64,000 nucleotides of DNA from Sphingomonadales bacterium (GTDB lineage Bacteria > Pseudomonadota > Alphaproteobacteria > Sphingomonadales > Sphingomonadaceae), in contig JAYUPB010000090.1 of assembly GCA_043760405.1 (NCBI GenBank), positions 208-64,207 on the forward strand. Direction: 5' to 3'. The position numbers and the translations under genes were made by a program. Shown here one piece after another: positions 9,625-19,693 of the stretch (positions within the stretch are counted from its first letter, which is position 1; every line of letters starts with the position of its first letter). A model generated the notes under the pieces. It searched no databases and had not been told where the DNA came from. It was given only the letters and a program-made list of their open reading frames with translations.

Positions 9625-9939
9625 TTGGGCGATAACCGCCATTCTGGTTCTGATGAGCTTGACCGGCGAATTGCCGACGCCAAGGCCGCGCAAAAGCACG
9701 GTATATCAAACCCTGAAGGACGGTCAGAAAGCCGGGGATGGGCCATTGGCATTGAATTTGTTGGTGCTGTGCTGGTTTCTGGTTTTATCGGTTGGGGCAT
9801 TGATACCTATGCTGGGCTTGGAACGAAGCCGTGGGCCATGGTGATCATGCTGATTCTCGGTTTTGCGGCCGGAACACGTCGCGCAATGAAAATGTCGGTC
9901 AGTTTTGATGCTGATCCGACGAATGATAACAAAGAGTAG
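9625..9939 (+). CDS. atpI: ATP synthase protein I (AtpI/AtpZ-like)
   Basis: Small protein with two TM helices directly upstream of atpB. The start codon is TTG. Confidence 0.7.
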   Translation: MGDNRHSGSDELDRRIADAKAAQKHGISNPEGRSESRGWAIGIEFVGAVLVSGFIGWGIDTYAGLGTKPWAMVIMLILGFAAGTRRAMKMSVSFDADPTNDNKE

Positions 9940-9952
9940 ATGGACACATAGC

Positions 9953-10702
9953 ATGGCCAATCCAATGGACCAGTTCAAGATCGAAACCTACCAGCCGCTG
10001 AGCGTGGGCGGCATGGATGCGTCGTTTACGAATTCTTCCTTGTGGATGGTGATCGCGCTGGTTGTTGTCGCAGCATTTTTGTTCATCGGCACTGCAGCAC
10101 CAAAGCTCGTGCCAGGACGGATGCAAGCAGCGGTTGAGTATCTTTATGATTTCACACGCAAAATATTGGATGATAATGTCGGTCCAAAGGGACGCAATTT
10201 CGTTCCTTTGATCTTCTCGCTCTTCATTTTTGTTCTCGCCTGTAATCTTCTCGGGATGATCCCTTGGGTGGGCGCCTTTACCCCGACCAGCCATATTTCT
10301 GTGACACTTGGTCTTGCTGTACTGGTGTTTGTGATTGTTTGTATTGTTGGGTTTGCCAAGCATGGCTTCCATTTTTTCAGCCTGTTCTGGCCGAAAGACA
10401 CCGTTTTCCCACTGGCTGTATTTGTTGCCTGCATTGAATTTTTGAGCTTTCTTTCACGCCCTTTCACACTGGCCATCCGGTTGTTTGCAAATATGACTGC
10501 TGGCCACGTGCTGTTGAAAGTGTTCGGCACTTTTGTGGTGACGCTCGGTTCTTTTGGCGCTTTACCTTATGTATTTGGCATCCTGCCGCTTGCTGTCACT
10601 GTCGCGCTCACCGCCCTTGAGGTGCTGATTGCGGTGGTTCAGGCCTATGTTTTCGCATTGCTCGCTTCGATCTATTTGAACGATGCGATCAACCTTCACT
10701 AA
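9953..10702 (+). CDS. atpB: F0F1 ATP synthase subunit a
   Basis: Contains LAIRLFANMTAGH with the essential Arg. The ATG at 9953 (MANPMDQFKIE) is preferred over the tracked 9905 start. Confidence 0.95.
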   Translation: MANPMDQFKIETYQPLSVGGMDASFTNSSLWMVIALVVVAAFLFIGTAAPKLVPGRMQAAVEYLYDFTRKILDDNVGPKGRNFVPLIFSLFIFVLACNLLGMIPWVGAFTPTSHISVTLGLAVLVFVIVCIVGFAKHGFHFFSLFWPKDTVFPLAVFVACIEFLSFLSRPFTLAIRLFANMTAGHVLLKVFGTFVVTLGSFGALPYVFGILPLAVTVALTALEVLIAVVQAYVFALLASIYLNDAINLH

Positions 10703-10740
10703 TTACCAACACTCATCAAAACTGAAGTAAGGAATTTATC

Positions 10741-10965
10741 ATGGAATTAGAATCTGCTCGTGTCATCGCTGCTGGTCTTGCTGCAATCGGTGCTGGTCTT
10801 GCCGCCATCGGTGTTGGCTCGATTTTCGGTCAATATCTCAATGGTGCTCTGCGTAATCCAGAAGCTGATGCGAAAATGGGCGGTCGCCTGATTTTCGGTT
10901 TCGCTGTGACCGAAGCGCTTGGCCTGATCGCGGCTGTTGTCGCGCTGGCACTTGCCTTTAGCTAA
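10741..10965 (+). CDS. atpE: F0F1 ATP synthase subunit c
   Basis: 74-aa two-helix hairpin with an RNPEA loop and FAVTEALGL carrying the proton-binding Glu. Confidence 0.95.
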   Translation: MELESARVIAAGLAAIGAGLAAIGVGSIFGQYLNGALRNPEADAKMGGRLIFGFAVTEALGLIAAVVALALAFS

Positions 10966-10974
10966 GCCAATGTC

Positions 10975-11003
10975 GGGGCAGTCATAGCGACTGCCCCACT
11001 TTT
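10975..11003 (+). terminator. Hairpin (attenuator or partial terminator) after atpE
   Basis: GGGGCAGTC (10975-10983) pairs with GACTGCCCC (10989-10997), followed by ACTTTTG. Confidence 0.4.
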
Positions 11004-11026
11004 GAAAAATCTGATCCGAGGGCGCA

Positions 11027-11518
11027 ATGCCACAATTTGATTTCGCAACCGTATTCTGGCCTCAGTTGATTTGGCTGAGCCTTGTCTTTGCTGTTCTTTT
11101 CTTCGGGGTTGTCCTGCCGACTCTCCCCAAGATTGCACGCGTTGTTGACGCGCGCGAAAGCAAAGTGGCTGGTGATTTGAATGTGGCTGAAAATGCCAAA
11201 GCATCCGCAGATGCTATGGCTGTTGGTTATGCATCAGGTATAACGGACGCCCAAAATGCGGCGCGCTTTGCGCTTTCAGATGCGAAAGCCAAGGCTAATA
11301 AATCCGCCGAATCCACGCTTTTGGCAGCCAACGCAGCTGTTGAAAAGAAACTGGCGGCCGCAGAAGTCGCGCTCTCAGCGGCCAAAACAAATGCGCTTGC
11401 TGAAATCGAGGCCATTGCGTCTGACGCATCATCGGACATCGTCGAAAAGCTGACTGGCGTGCGCCCTGCTGCGCGCACTGTAACCGCTGCGGTACGGTCC
11501 GCTATGGCGCAAGGGTAA
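11027..11518 (+). CDS. atpF2: F0F1 ATP synthase subunit b'
   Basis: Single N-terminal TM helix plus an Ala/Lys/Glu-rich coiled coil. It is the first of two b-type genes, as is typical of alphaproteobacteria. Confidence 0.85.
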   Translation: MPQFDFATVFWPQLIWLSLVFAVLFFGVVLPTLPKIARVVDARESKVAGDLNVAENAKASADAMAVGYASGITDAQNAARFALSDAKAKANKSAESTLLAANAAVEKKLAAAEVALSAAKTNALAEIEAIASDASSDIVEKLTGVRPAARTVTAAVRSAMAQG

Positions 11519-11522
11519 CGTA

Positions 11523-12101
11523 ATGGCCACGGAAGCAACAATCACCCCGCCCATCGCAGGCGAAACGCACGCAACCACAGAAGCGCATGGCGGGGGCGAA
11601 CACGGCCCAACCTTGCTTGGCCTTTCTGCCGAAGGTTGGGTTTACGTCGGCGTTTCAATTTTCTTCATTGTCGCATTTGTATTTTTCAAAGTGCACCGCA
11701 AAATTATGGCGGGATTGGACAGCCGTATTGCTGATGCGAAACGGATTCTGGATGAGGCCGCATCAGTTCGAACCGAAGCCGAAGCCCTGCTTGCAAAAGC
11801 GCAGGCGCAGAGCGACGCCAGTGCTGGTGATGCCAAAGCCATCATTGCGAATGCCGAAGCCGAAGCCAAGACCCTTCTTAAAAAGGCAGAGAGTGACACC
11901 AAGGATTTGATTGCGCGCCGCACACGGATGGCCGAAGATCGCATCGGTGCTGCAGAACGAACGGCGATCGCCGAAGTTCGCACAAAGGCCGCGACTTTAT
12001 CTGCCGCTGCAGCAGGCGCGTTGATCGCAAGCAACCACACATCAACTCAAGACAAAGCCTTGGTTGATAAGACTATTGCAGGGCTGGATCGCCTCATTTA
12101 A
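11523..12101 (+). CDS. atpF: F0F1 ATP synthase subunit b
   Basis: N-terminal TM helix and a long coiled coil; last gene of the F0 cluster. Confidence 0.85.
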   Translation: MATEATITPPIAGETHATTEAHGGGEHGPTLLGLSAEGWVYVGVSIFFIVAFVFFKVHRKIMAGLDSRIADAKRILDEAASVRTEAEALLAKAQAQSDASAGDAKAIIANAEAEAKTLLKKAESDTKDLIARRTRMAEDRIGAAERTAIAEVRTKAATLSAAAAGALIASNHTSTQDKALVDKTIAGLDRLI

Positions 12102-12136
12102 GCAAAGCATCCGATTGATTCTTAAAGGGTTTCCGT

Positions 12137-12433
12137 ATGAAATTTGCTGTTGTTCTTTCCGCACTCCTAATTTCAGCACCACTTACAGCGCAAACACCGC
12201 CAGCTGCGCCGGTTGCTTCAGCCGCGCTGTCCATTGATTCGCCGATTGAAACCCTGGTCGCCAACGCAGCGAGCAAGGCTGTGGTTGACGCCAACTTTCC
12301 CGGCATGACAGCGCACCCCGCCTATGAACAGTTTAAGGGGATGACCCTCAAGCAGCTTCAGCCCATGTCTGGCGGCGCGATCAGTGACGCCGCAATTGCA
12401 AAAGCGACGGCTGAACTGACAGCTGCAAAATAA
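12137..12433 (+). CDS. Small secreted hypothetical protein
   Basis: 98 aa with a signal peptide (LLISAPLTAQ). I recognise no family. Confidence 0.5.
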   Translation: MKFAVVLSALLISAPLTAQTPPAAPVASAALSIDSPIETLVANAASKAVVDANFPGMTAHPAYEQFKGMTLKQLQPMSGGAISDAAIAKATAELTAAK

Positions 12434-12449
12434 TCTGAGGGCTCTGACC

Positions 12450-13175
12450 CTAAAACCGCAGCATGATCTTTCCCGCCAACGCGGGAGAGATGCTGTGGAC
12501 CAGTTTCAATATTTTGACCAAGCCAACATTGGCTTCATCCGAATTGGATTCGATGCCCCGAATAAAGGCTGCTGCACAGTCTGCAGCGGACATTTTCTTA
12601 TTGCCCCGTCCTGCGGTCATTTTGGTGTCGACGACAGGGGGTAACGCTTCCATTACATGAATATTGGTGCCTGCCAATTGCGCACGCAAAGCCTTTGTAT
12701 AGCTGCGCAACCCTGCCTTGGTCGCGCAGTAGATCGGCCCACCGGCGCGCGGCGCAATGGCCAACCCAGATGTAACATTGACGATCATCGCTTCTGGTCG
12801 TCCCCGCAACACAGGCATGAGGCGGGTGATCAGATGGACTGGCGCATTGAGGTTAAGGAAAATGCACGCGTCATTATCGTCAAGATCGATGGCGGCATCG
12901 TCGCGGAAATCATGGTCGCTCCCAGAACCGGCATTGTTCACGAGGATATCAATAACGCGGCCGGTGACGCCTGCGACAAGCTTATCGACACCTTTTTTGG
13001 TTGAAAGGTCAGTGGCGATCACCTCAAATCCTTCCGCCTGTGCCGCCGCAATGCGTTCTGGCGTGCGGCCCGATGTGATCACTGTTGCGCCTTTGGCCTT
13101 TAGCTGATGGATCAATTGGAGCCCAATCCCGTCGGTGCCCCCAGTGACCAATATGGTCTTGCCGGCAATTTTCAT
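12450..13175 (-). CDS. SDR-family oxidoreductase
   Basis: TGGTDGIGL cofactor motif, NNAG, and the catalytic YCATKAGL (YxxxK). Confidence 0.9.
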   Translation of the reverse strand: MKIAGKTILVTGGTDGIGLQLIHQLKAKGATVITSGRTPERIAAAQAEGFEVIATDLSTKKGVDKLVAGVTGRVIDILVNNAGSGSDHDFRDDAAIDLDDNDACIFLNLNAPVHLITRLMPVLRGRPEAMIVNVTSGLAIAPRAGGPIYCATKAGLRSYTKALRAQLAGTNIHVMEALPPVVDTKMTAGRGNKKMSAADCAAAFIRGIESNSDEANVGLVKILKLVHSISPALAGKIMLRF

Positions 13176-13220
13176 CTAATGTCTCCTTATCCAAAACTAA
13201 AAGTATCGTATTGCAACCCG

Positions 13221-15143
13221 ATGTCCACCCCCGACGCTCCCGACCGGTTCAATGAAGACCGCGCTACCTATGCATTGCAAGGATCCGAAACGCCTGACCT
13301 TGATGCCGGGGTGGCGGCCATCCGCAATGTGTTAAAAACTCTGCCGCCCAAACCTGGCGTCTACCGGATGCACGATGCGCGCGGCGATGTGCTTTATGTC
13401 GGGAAAGCGCGCGCGCTCAAGAACCGCGTGACCAATTATACGCAGGTAGATCGTCTCCCAAGGCGGCTGCAACGGATGGTCTCACAAACGCGCAGCATGA
13501 CAATCGTGACCACCAACAGTGAGGCAGAGGCTTTGTTGCTTGAGGCGCAACTGATCAAACGGTATCGTCCCGCATATAATGTGCTGTTGCGCGATGATAA
13601 AAGCTTTCCTTTCATCCTGCTCCGCACTGACCATGCTTTTGCCCGCATCCAGAAACACCGCGGTGCCAGGCGCGCAAAAGGCCATTATTTCGGACCGTTC
13701 GCCAGCGCCGGATCAGTCAATCAGACGCTAAATGCGTTGCAGAAATTGTTCCTGTTGCGGTCGTGCAATGACAGTTTCTTCAAAAACCGAGAACGCCCCT
13801 GTTTGCTCTATCAGATCAAACGTTGCTCTGCGCCCTGTGTCGGGCGGATTTCGCCGGAAGATTACGCCGAGCTGGTCAACGATGCGAAGGACTTTCTCAG
13901 CGGCAAATCAACCGGTGTTCAAGCAAAATTGGGGACTGAAATGGAGACTGCCGCCGCAGCGCTCGATTTTGAACGCGCAGCGATACAAAGAGACCGGCTA
14001 CGTGCGCTGACCTTCATACAGGGCAGCCAAGCGATCAATGCCGAAGGTGTCGGCGATGCCGATATATTCGCGCTCGCCAGCGGTTCTGGGGCCATGTGCA
14101 TTCAGGCGTTTTTCATTCGTGGTGGTCAGAATTGGGGGCATCGCAGCTTCTTTCCCGTTCACACCGCCGACGTGCCCGAGGATGAAGTTCTGGCGAGTTT
14201 TCTCGTGCAATTTTATGAGGATGTCCCGCCCGCCAAGACGATTTTGCTCGACCGCGAACCCGCAGAGGCCACACTCCTCGCCGATGCGCTATCAGAGGCA
14301 GCCAGCAAGCGTATCAGTCTGATCGTCCCTCAACGCGGTGACCGTGTCCGCCTGATCGATCAAGCGCGCCGCAATGCGGTTGAGGCGCTTGAGCGGCGAC
14401 AGGCAGAAAGCACCACCCAGAATAAACTACTGCGTGAAGTGGCAGAACTGTTTGAGCTTGCCGAATCGCCACAGCGTATCGAGATATACGACAACAGCCA
14501 CATTCAGGGGACCAATGCCATTGGTGGCATGGTTGTTGCGGGACCGGAAGGTTTCATCAAGGGGCAGTACCGCAAGTTCAACATCAAAAATCCTGATACC
14601 GTGCCCGGCGATGATTTCGGCATGATGCGGGAAGTATTTGAGCGGCGTTTTTCCCGTGCAGTGGAGGAAGACCCAGACCGCGATAAAGGTGAATGGCCTG
14701 ATCTCGTCCTGATCGACGGCGGCAAGGGTCAAATGAGTGCAGTCAAGGGCGTGCTCGACGCGATGGGGATTGAAGATGTCGCGCTGATCGGCGTGTCAAA
14801 GGGCCCTGACCGCCATGCCGGACGCGAGACCTTTCATTTCCCCGATGGCCGCGAATTCGATTTGCCGGTTGGTGCGCCTGTTCTGTTCTACCTCCAACGC
14901 CTCCGCGACGAAGCACACCGCTTCGCCATCGGCGCGCACCGAGCCAAACGGAGCAAAGCGATCACCGCCAGCCCCTTAGACGACGTCCCCGGCATCGGTC
15001 CCGCGCGCAAAAAAGCGTTGCTGATGCATTTTGGAACGGCACGCGCTGTCAGGGACGCAAGCCTGGAAGACATGGCCCGCGCACCCGGAGTATCAGAAGC
15101 CGTGGCGCGAACAGTATATGATTTCTATCATGCTGGGGGGTGA
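13221..15143 (+). CDS. uvrC: Excinuclease ABC subunit C
   Basis: GIY-YIG motif (GVYRMHD...VLYVGKARALKNRV), a UVR domain and a C-terminal HhH. The ATG at 13221 avoids overlap with the divergent SDR gene. Confidence 0.95.
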   Translation: MSTPDAPDRFNEDRATYALQGSETPDLDAGVAAIRNVLKTLPPKPGVYRMHDARGDVLYVGKARALKNRVTNYTQVDRLPRRLQRMVSQTRSMTIVTTNSEAEALLLEAQLIKRYRPAYNVLLRDDKSFPFILLRTDHAFARIQKHRGARRAKGHYFGPFASAGSVNQTLNALQKLFLLRSCNDSFFKNRERPCLLYQIKRCSAPCVGRISPEDYAELVNDAKDFLSGKSTGVQAKLGTEMETAAAALDFERAAIQRDRLRALTFIQGSQAINAEGVGDADIFALASGSGAMCIQAFFIRGGQNWGHRSFFPVHTADVPEDEVLASFLVQFYEDVPPAKTILLDREPAEATLLADALSEAASKRISLIVPQRGDRVRLIDQARRNAVEALERRQAESTTQNKLLREVAELFELAESPQRIEIYDNSHIQGTNAIGGMVVAGPEGFIKGQYRKFNIKNPDTVPGDDFGMMREVFERRFSRAVEEDPDRDKGEWPDLVLIDGGKGQMSAVKGVLDAMGIEDVALIGVSKGPDRHAGRETFHFPDGREFDLPVGAPVLFYLQRLRDEAHRFAIGAHRAKRSKAITASPLDDVPGIGPARKKALLMHFGTARAVRDASLEDMARAPGVSEAVARTVYDFYHAGG

Positions 15144-16171
15144 GGCCCCATAGCCGTCACCAACTCATCATAGCTCACCGGCGACACCCCTAGCGTCGCG
15201 AAGAGTGCGAACACGCCCTCCCACCAATCCCAGAACGTCCTCAAATCTGTGGCGTCGCGGACATAAGGGGTGTGGCCGATCGCAACAGAAGGCGTGTGGA
15301 AAGACAGGCTGAACACCTCTATCCCGTCACCGTGCATAACGCGGATAGCCTCAAGCGCGTCAGCCAGAGGGACGCCTTCAGGGGTAAGGGGTACGCGCGA
15401 CAGCAAGCCGGCGCGCGCCATCGCGCCGCGCAGCATGTCCGTTCCGCGGACACGCGCGTTCCGATGTAGCCCCGGATAGTGACGCAGCCTTCCGGTCCAC
15501 GCTGAAGACAATGGCAGCTCAAGGGGGCCCTCTGATGTGCGCCACGGCCATATAGGAAAGGCAGTATAATCGGGGCCACCGGCGGCGCGGTAGTCAAACA
15601 GCGCGCGAACCGACACATCCATTTTATACCCTGTTTCGGCGAGCAGTGTCATCGTTTGCGGACCCAATCCGTAACGCCCGGCGCGGTACGCCGTCGGTCG
15701 CACGCCAATCACAGCTTCAATGCGCTCGGTCAGGGCAATCAACTTGGCCCGTTGCAGGGCGATCGGCAAATTCCCCGTATAGCTGTTGGGGCCGGTCACA
15801 ACTTCATCAAAAGGCGGGTTGACCCAAGGATGGAGTTGAGTGCCAACGTCGCACTGTCCATCAGCAACCAATGCCCGCAGAATCGATCCGCTTTCAGGGT
15901 TATCGACCACGGGATAATCGCAGAGATAAACAGGCTTTATTCCCGCTGCATTAAACCGCGCTGTCGCTGGGATAAGGTCAGCAATCGTTTTGGTCGCGGT
16001 TTGCGCACGATCAAACGGCGCATTCCAGTCAAATTCCTCCTCAGCATCGGCAAAAATAATGAAGCGGCAACCGAAATTGGGGGCAAAGGACAGGCGCGCG
16101 CCAACAGGCAGGAACAATGTTGCATCAGTCCCAATTTGGGCGGCTTTGGTCTGAATCACTGGCTTCCTCAT
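15128..16171 (-). CDS. Polysaccharide deacetylase-family (WalW-like) protein
   Basis: 347 aa. FIIFADAEEEFDW and the overall pattern recall WalW/deacetylase proteins of sphingomonads (recalled, not searched). Confidence 0.6.
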   Translation of the reverse strand: MRKPVIQTKAAQIGTDATLFLPVGARLSFAPNFGCRFIIFADAEEEFDWNAPFDRAQTATKTIADLIPATARFNAAGIKPVYLCDYPVVDNPESGSILRALVADGQCDVGTQLHPWVNPPFDEVVTGPNSYTGNLPIALQRAKLIALTERIEAVIGVRPTAYRAGRYGLGPQTMTLLAETGYKMDVSVRALFDYRAAGGPDYTAFPIWPWRTSEGPLELPLSSAWTGRLRHYPGLHRNARVRGTDMLRGAMARAGLLSRVPLTPEGVPLADALEAIRVMHGDGIEVFSLSFHTPSVAIGHTPYVRDATDLRTFWDWWEGVFALFATLGVSPVSYDELVTAMGPHPPA

Positions 16172-16237
16172 GGAACGGCCTTACACCCCTGTCCCTAAGG
16201 ATTTGCTAAATAGCGCACGTTTGATCAGGGTGATTAG

Positions 16238-16969
16238 ATGCTGATTGAAACGCTTGCAATTATTTGTGCCGTGCGCCCTCACGGTGAACACGGCGCGATT
16301 GTGCGGGCGATGACGCCGGATCACGGTCTGATGGCGGGATATGTCGCGGGTGGAAAGTCGCGCGCCATGCGCCCTGTCCTGATCCCTTCGAACATCATTA
16401 TGGGTAGTTTTCGGGTGCGAAACGGATCTCAATTGGCTTCGCTCACCGCAGAATTGATACATAGTCGTGGCCCTTTAATGACCGAACCCTTGACGGCAGC
16501 GGCCCTCGATTGGGCAACGGCCTTGACGGCTGCAACCCTTCCCGAAGAACAGTCCCATACTAACCTGCATAGCGCACTTGATGGGCTGTTGTCAGCCATA
16601 GAAGCAGCCCCTGCTGCACGAGATTGGGCAGCATCTTTGGTGCGCTATGAATTATTATTGCTCTCCGAACTAGGATTTGGTCTGAATTTATCCGCGTGCG
16701 CGGTCACGGGTACTGCGAATGACCTGATCTATGTCAGCCCTAAAAGCGCAACAGCGGTTTGCGGCATCGCTGGGGCCACGCATAGGGATCGGTTGCTTCC
16801 CCTGCCCGCCTTCATTCGCGATGGTAGCACGGCGGACTGGCCCGCTCTCCTTGAGGGATTGGCACTGAGCGGATATTTTCTAAAACGCGATCTTCTGGGC
16901 AGTCTGCGCAACGACGTGATGGCAGCGCGCGAACGGTTGCTCGACCGGCTCAAAAGGGCAGTTGCATAA
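16238..16969 (+). CDS. recO: DNA repair protein RecO
   Basis: 243 aa with an OB-fold N-terminus (AIICAVRPHGEHGAIVRAMT) and alphaproteobacterial RecO layout. Confidence 0.85.
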   Translation: MLIETLAIICAVRPHGEHGAIVRAMTPDHGLMAGYVAGGKSRAMRPVLIPSNIIMGSFRVRNGSQLASLTAELIHSRGPLMTEPLTAAALDWATALTAATLPEEQSHTNLHSALDGLLSAIEAAPAARDWAASLVRYELLLLSELGFGLNLSACAVTGTANDLIYVSPKSATAVCGIAGATHRDRLLPLPAFIRDGSTADWPALLEGLALSGYFLKRDLLGSLRNDVMAARERLLDRLKRAVA

Positions 16970-17015
16970 TCATGCCTCTCGGGCCATCAGCGCGGCATAT
17001 TGATGGAGTATCTGC

Positions 17016-18062
17016 ATGTTGATCGCCCTGCTGCCCGGAGACGGTATCGGCCCCGAAGTTGTTGCCGAGGCAAAGCGCGTGCTGGATGCCTTGGGTCTGG
17101 ATGATTTTACCTATGAAACGGCGCTGGTCGGCGGTGCTGCATATAAAGCCACTGGCCATCCGCTCCCCCCCGAAACACGCGCGCTGGCCAAGCACGCGGA
17201 TGCGATCCTGTTTGGCGCGGTTGGTGATCCAGACTGCGACACGCTCGAACGGCATTTGCGGCCAGAACAGGCAATTCTGGGCTTGCGAAAGGAACTCTCA
17301 CTCTTCGCAAACCTACGCCCGGCAACACTTTTCCCTGAACTCGCCGATGCTTCTGCGCTGCGCCCGGAAGTCGCCAGTCAGATCAACATGATCATCGTCC
17401 GCGAACTCAACGGTGACGTCTATTTCGGTGAAAAAGGAATGCGCAGAACCGCTGATGGCAAACGTGAGGGGTATGACATCATGTCATACAATGAAGATGA
17501 GGTGCGCAGGATCGCGCGCGTCGGATTTGAAACGGCGCGCGCACGCAGCAAAAGAATGTGTTCGGTCGATAAGGCCAATGTGCTTGAGACATCTCAGCTT
17601 TGGCGCGACGTCATGATCGAAACCCACGCTGAATATCCTGACGTCGACCTCAGCCATATGTATGTTGATAATTGTGCGATGCAATTGGTGCGCAACCCGG
17701 GTCAATTCGACGTGATCGTCACGGGCAATCTGTTTGGTGACATCCTGTCTGATCAGGCCAGCATGTGTGCGGGCTCAATTGGCATGCTGCCCAGTGCCTC
17801 ACTCGATAGCAATCAAAAGGGGCTTTATGAGCCCATTCACGGGTCCGCACCCGATTTAGCGGGACAAGGCAAGGCCAACCCGCTGGCAACAATATTGTCA
17901 GCGGCGATGATGCTGCGTTATTCCTTGGGCAACCCACTGGCAGCCGACCGTATCGATGCTGCCGTTGCAAAAGCACTGGCAGGCGGCGCGCGTTCGCCTG
18001 ATCTGGGCGGCACAATGAACACCGCCCAAATGGGCGATGCGGTACGTGCTGCATTGACCTAA
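17016..18062 (+). CDS. leuB: 3-isopropylmalate dehydrogenase
   Basis: 348 aa with [10 protein letters not shown] and the NLFGDILSD signature. Confidence 0.95.
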   Translation: MLIALLPGDGIGPEVVAEAKRVLDALGLDDFTYETALVGGAAYKATGHPLPPETRALAKHADAILFGAVGDPDCDTLERHLRPEQAILGLRKELSLFANLRPATLFPELADASALRPEVASQINMIIVRELNGDVYFGEKGMRRTADGKREGYDIMSYNEDEVRRIARVGFETARARSKRMCSVDKANVLETSQLWRDVMIETHAEYPDVDLSHMYVDNCAMQLVRNPGQFDVIVTGNLFGDILSDQASMCAGSIGMLPSASLDSNQKGLYEPIHGSAPDLAGQGKANPLATILSAAMMLRYSLGNPLAADRIDAAVAKALAGGARSPDLGGTMNTAQMGDAVRAALT

Positions 18063-18089
18063 GCTCCCCTACATCCGAAAAGCATCCTT

Positions 18090-19298
18090 ATGAAACGCAC
18101 CACTGGCCAGAATCGCGATATCACCTCCACTTGGCGGCCCGCCACACAGGCTGTGCGCGGGGGGACTTGGCGTTCTGAACACGGAGAAACCAGTGAAGCT
18201 TTGTTCCTGACATCCGGTTTTACCTATGACGACGCGGAAACTGTAGCAGCGCGGTTTGCGGGTGAGGCTGATGGGATGACATACTCCCGGTTGCAAAATC
18301 CGACGGTACAAATGCTGGAAAACCGTATAGCCATTTTGGAAGGGGCCGAAGCCTGTCGCGCGCAAGCCACGGGCATGGCGGCGATGACAACTGCCTTGCT
18401 CTGTCAGCTTGAAACAGGGGATCATGTTGTTGCAGCACGGGCGGCCTTCGGATCATGCCGCTGGTTGACCGATCATCTGCTGCCCAAATGGGGCATTACC
18501 ACAACAACTATCGACAGCCGCAACAATGAAGAGTGGAAAGCGGCGATCCAACCCAACACGAAAGTTTTCTTCTTTGAAACCCCCGCCAATCCGACCATGG
18601 ATATTGTTGACCTTGCCTATGTCTGCGGTTTAGCCCGCGAACACGGCATAACAACGGTTGTGGACAACGCGTTTGCATCTTCTGCCCTACAACGACCGAT
18701 GGATTTCGGGGCCGATGTTGTCGCTTATTCCGCAACCAAAATTATGGACGGCCAGGGCCGTGTGATGGCCGGTGCAGTGTGCAGCTCCAATGCTTTTATG
18801 GACGAAAAACTTCTGCCGTTTCAGCGCAATACGGGGCCGAACCTTGCGCCCTTCAATGCGTGGGTTGTGCTAAAGGGCCTTGAAACACTTGATTTGCGGA
18901 TCAAGCGCCAATCGGAAAATGCGCTGGCCGTCGGGAAATTCATGGATGATCGTGTGCCAATCATGCTGCATCCCGGCCTTCCTAGCCATCCCCAACATAA
19001 CTTGGCCCTGCGCCAGATGTCGGCGTGCGGATCAATCTTTTCGTTCATCCTGGGCGGCGGACGCAAACAGGCGCACGCCATGCTCAACGCACTGCAACTG
19101 ATCGATATTTCAAACAATATTGGCGATTCGCGCAGCCTGATGTGCCACCCCGCCTCAACCACCCATCACAGCATGGGGCCAGAGGCGCGCGCCGCAATGG
19201 GCGTGGATGAAGGCATGATCCGGATCAATGTTGGTTTGGAAGACCCACAGGATGTGATTGCCGATCTTGATCAGGCCCTGCGCGCGGTGGGCTTGTGA
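18090..19298 (+). CDS. metZ: O-succinylhomoserine sulfhydrylase (Cys/Met PLP family)
   Basis: 402 aa with YSATKIMDGQGR containing the PLP-binding Lys. The length and N-terminus match MetZ. Confidence 0.85.
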   Translation: MKRTTGQNRDITSTWRPATQAVRGGTWRSEHGETSEALFLTSGFTYDDAETVAARFAGEADGMTYSRLQNPTVQMLENRIAILEGAEACRAQATGMAAMTTALLCQLETGDHVVAARAAFGSCRWLTDHLLPKWGITTTTIDSRNNEEWKAAIQPNTKVFFFETPANPTMDIVDLAYVCGLAREHGITTVVDNAFASSALQRPMDFGADVVAYSATKIMDGQGRVMAGAVCSSNAFMDEKLLPFQRNTGPNLAPFNAWVVLKGLETLDLRIKRQSENALAVGKFMDDRVPIMLHPGLPSHPQHNLALRQMSACGSIFSFILGGGRKQAHAMLNALQLIDISNNIGDSRSLMCHPASTTHHSMGPEARAAMGVDEGMIRINVGLEDPQDVIADLDQALRAVGL

Positions 19299-19693
19299 AG
19301 GCGCTGTTCCCTTATGCCGAAGAAACACGCGGGTTCGTGGTGCGCGTCTCCGTTAATCTTATGCCTGAACAATCAGAACCTCAAAAAGGCCGGTGGTTCT
19401 GGGCTTATCATGTCCGCATCGAGAATGTTGGCGACATGGCCGCGCAATTGATCACGCGGCATTGGGAAATAACGGATGCACGCGGGACTGCCCATTTTGT
19501 TGACGGCGAAGGCGTGGTCGGCGACCAGCCTGTGCTGAAACCCGGCGGTTCCTATGATTATGTATCTGGATGCCCGCTGACAACATCAACGGGCATGATG
19601 GTGGGCAGTTTTCAAATGATCGGTGAAGACGGATCGCGTTTCGACATTGCGATCCCGCGGTTCGCATTAAAAGAAGCTGTGACGGCGCAGTGA
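19295..19693 (+). CDS. apaG: ApaG (DUF525) protein
   Basis: 132 aa with the GEGVVGDQPVLKPG motif. The GTGA start overlaps the metZ stop. Confidence 0.9.
   Translation: MKALFPYAEETRGFVVRVSVNLMPEQSEPQKGRWFWAYHVRIENVGDMAAQLITRHWEITDARGTAHFVDGEGVVGDQPVLKPGGSYDYVSGCPLTTSTGMMVGSFQMIGEDGSRFDIAIPRFALKEAVTAQ

Noticed and set aside
13107-13220. N-terminal extensions of tracked ORFs (uvrC 13107; also MBL 1665-1832, hydrolase 35659-35751, Rieske alpha 42772-42876, GDO 41070-41117)
   Set aside because: The extensions overlap neighbouring genes, terminators or the operator, and they lack family-like sequence. Internal ATGs with SD sequences, signal peptides or ATGA coupling fit better.
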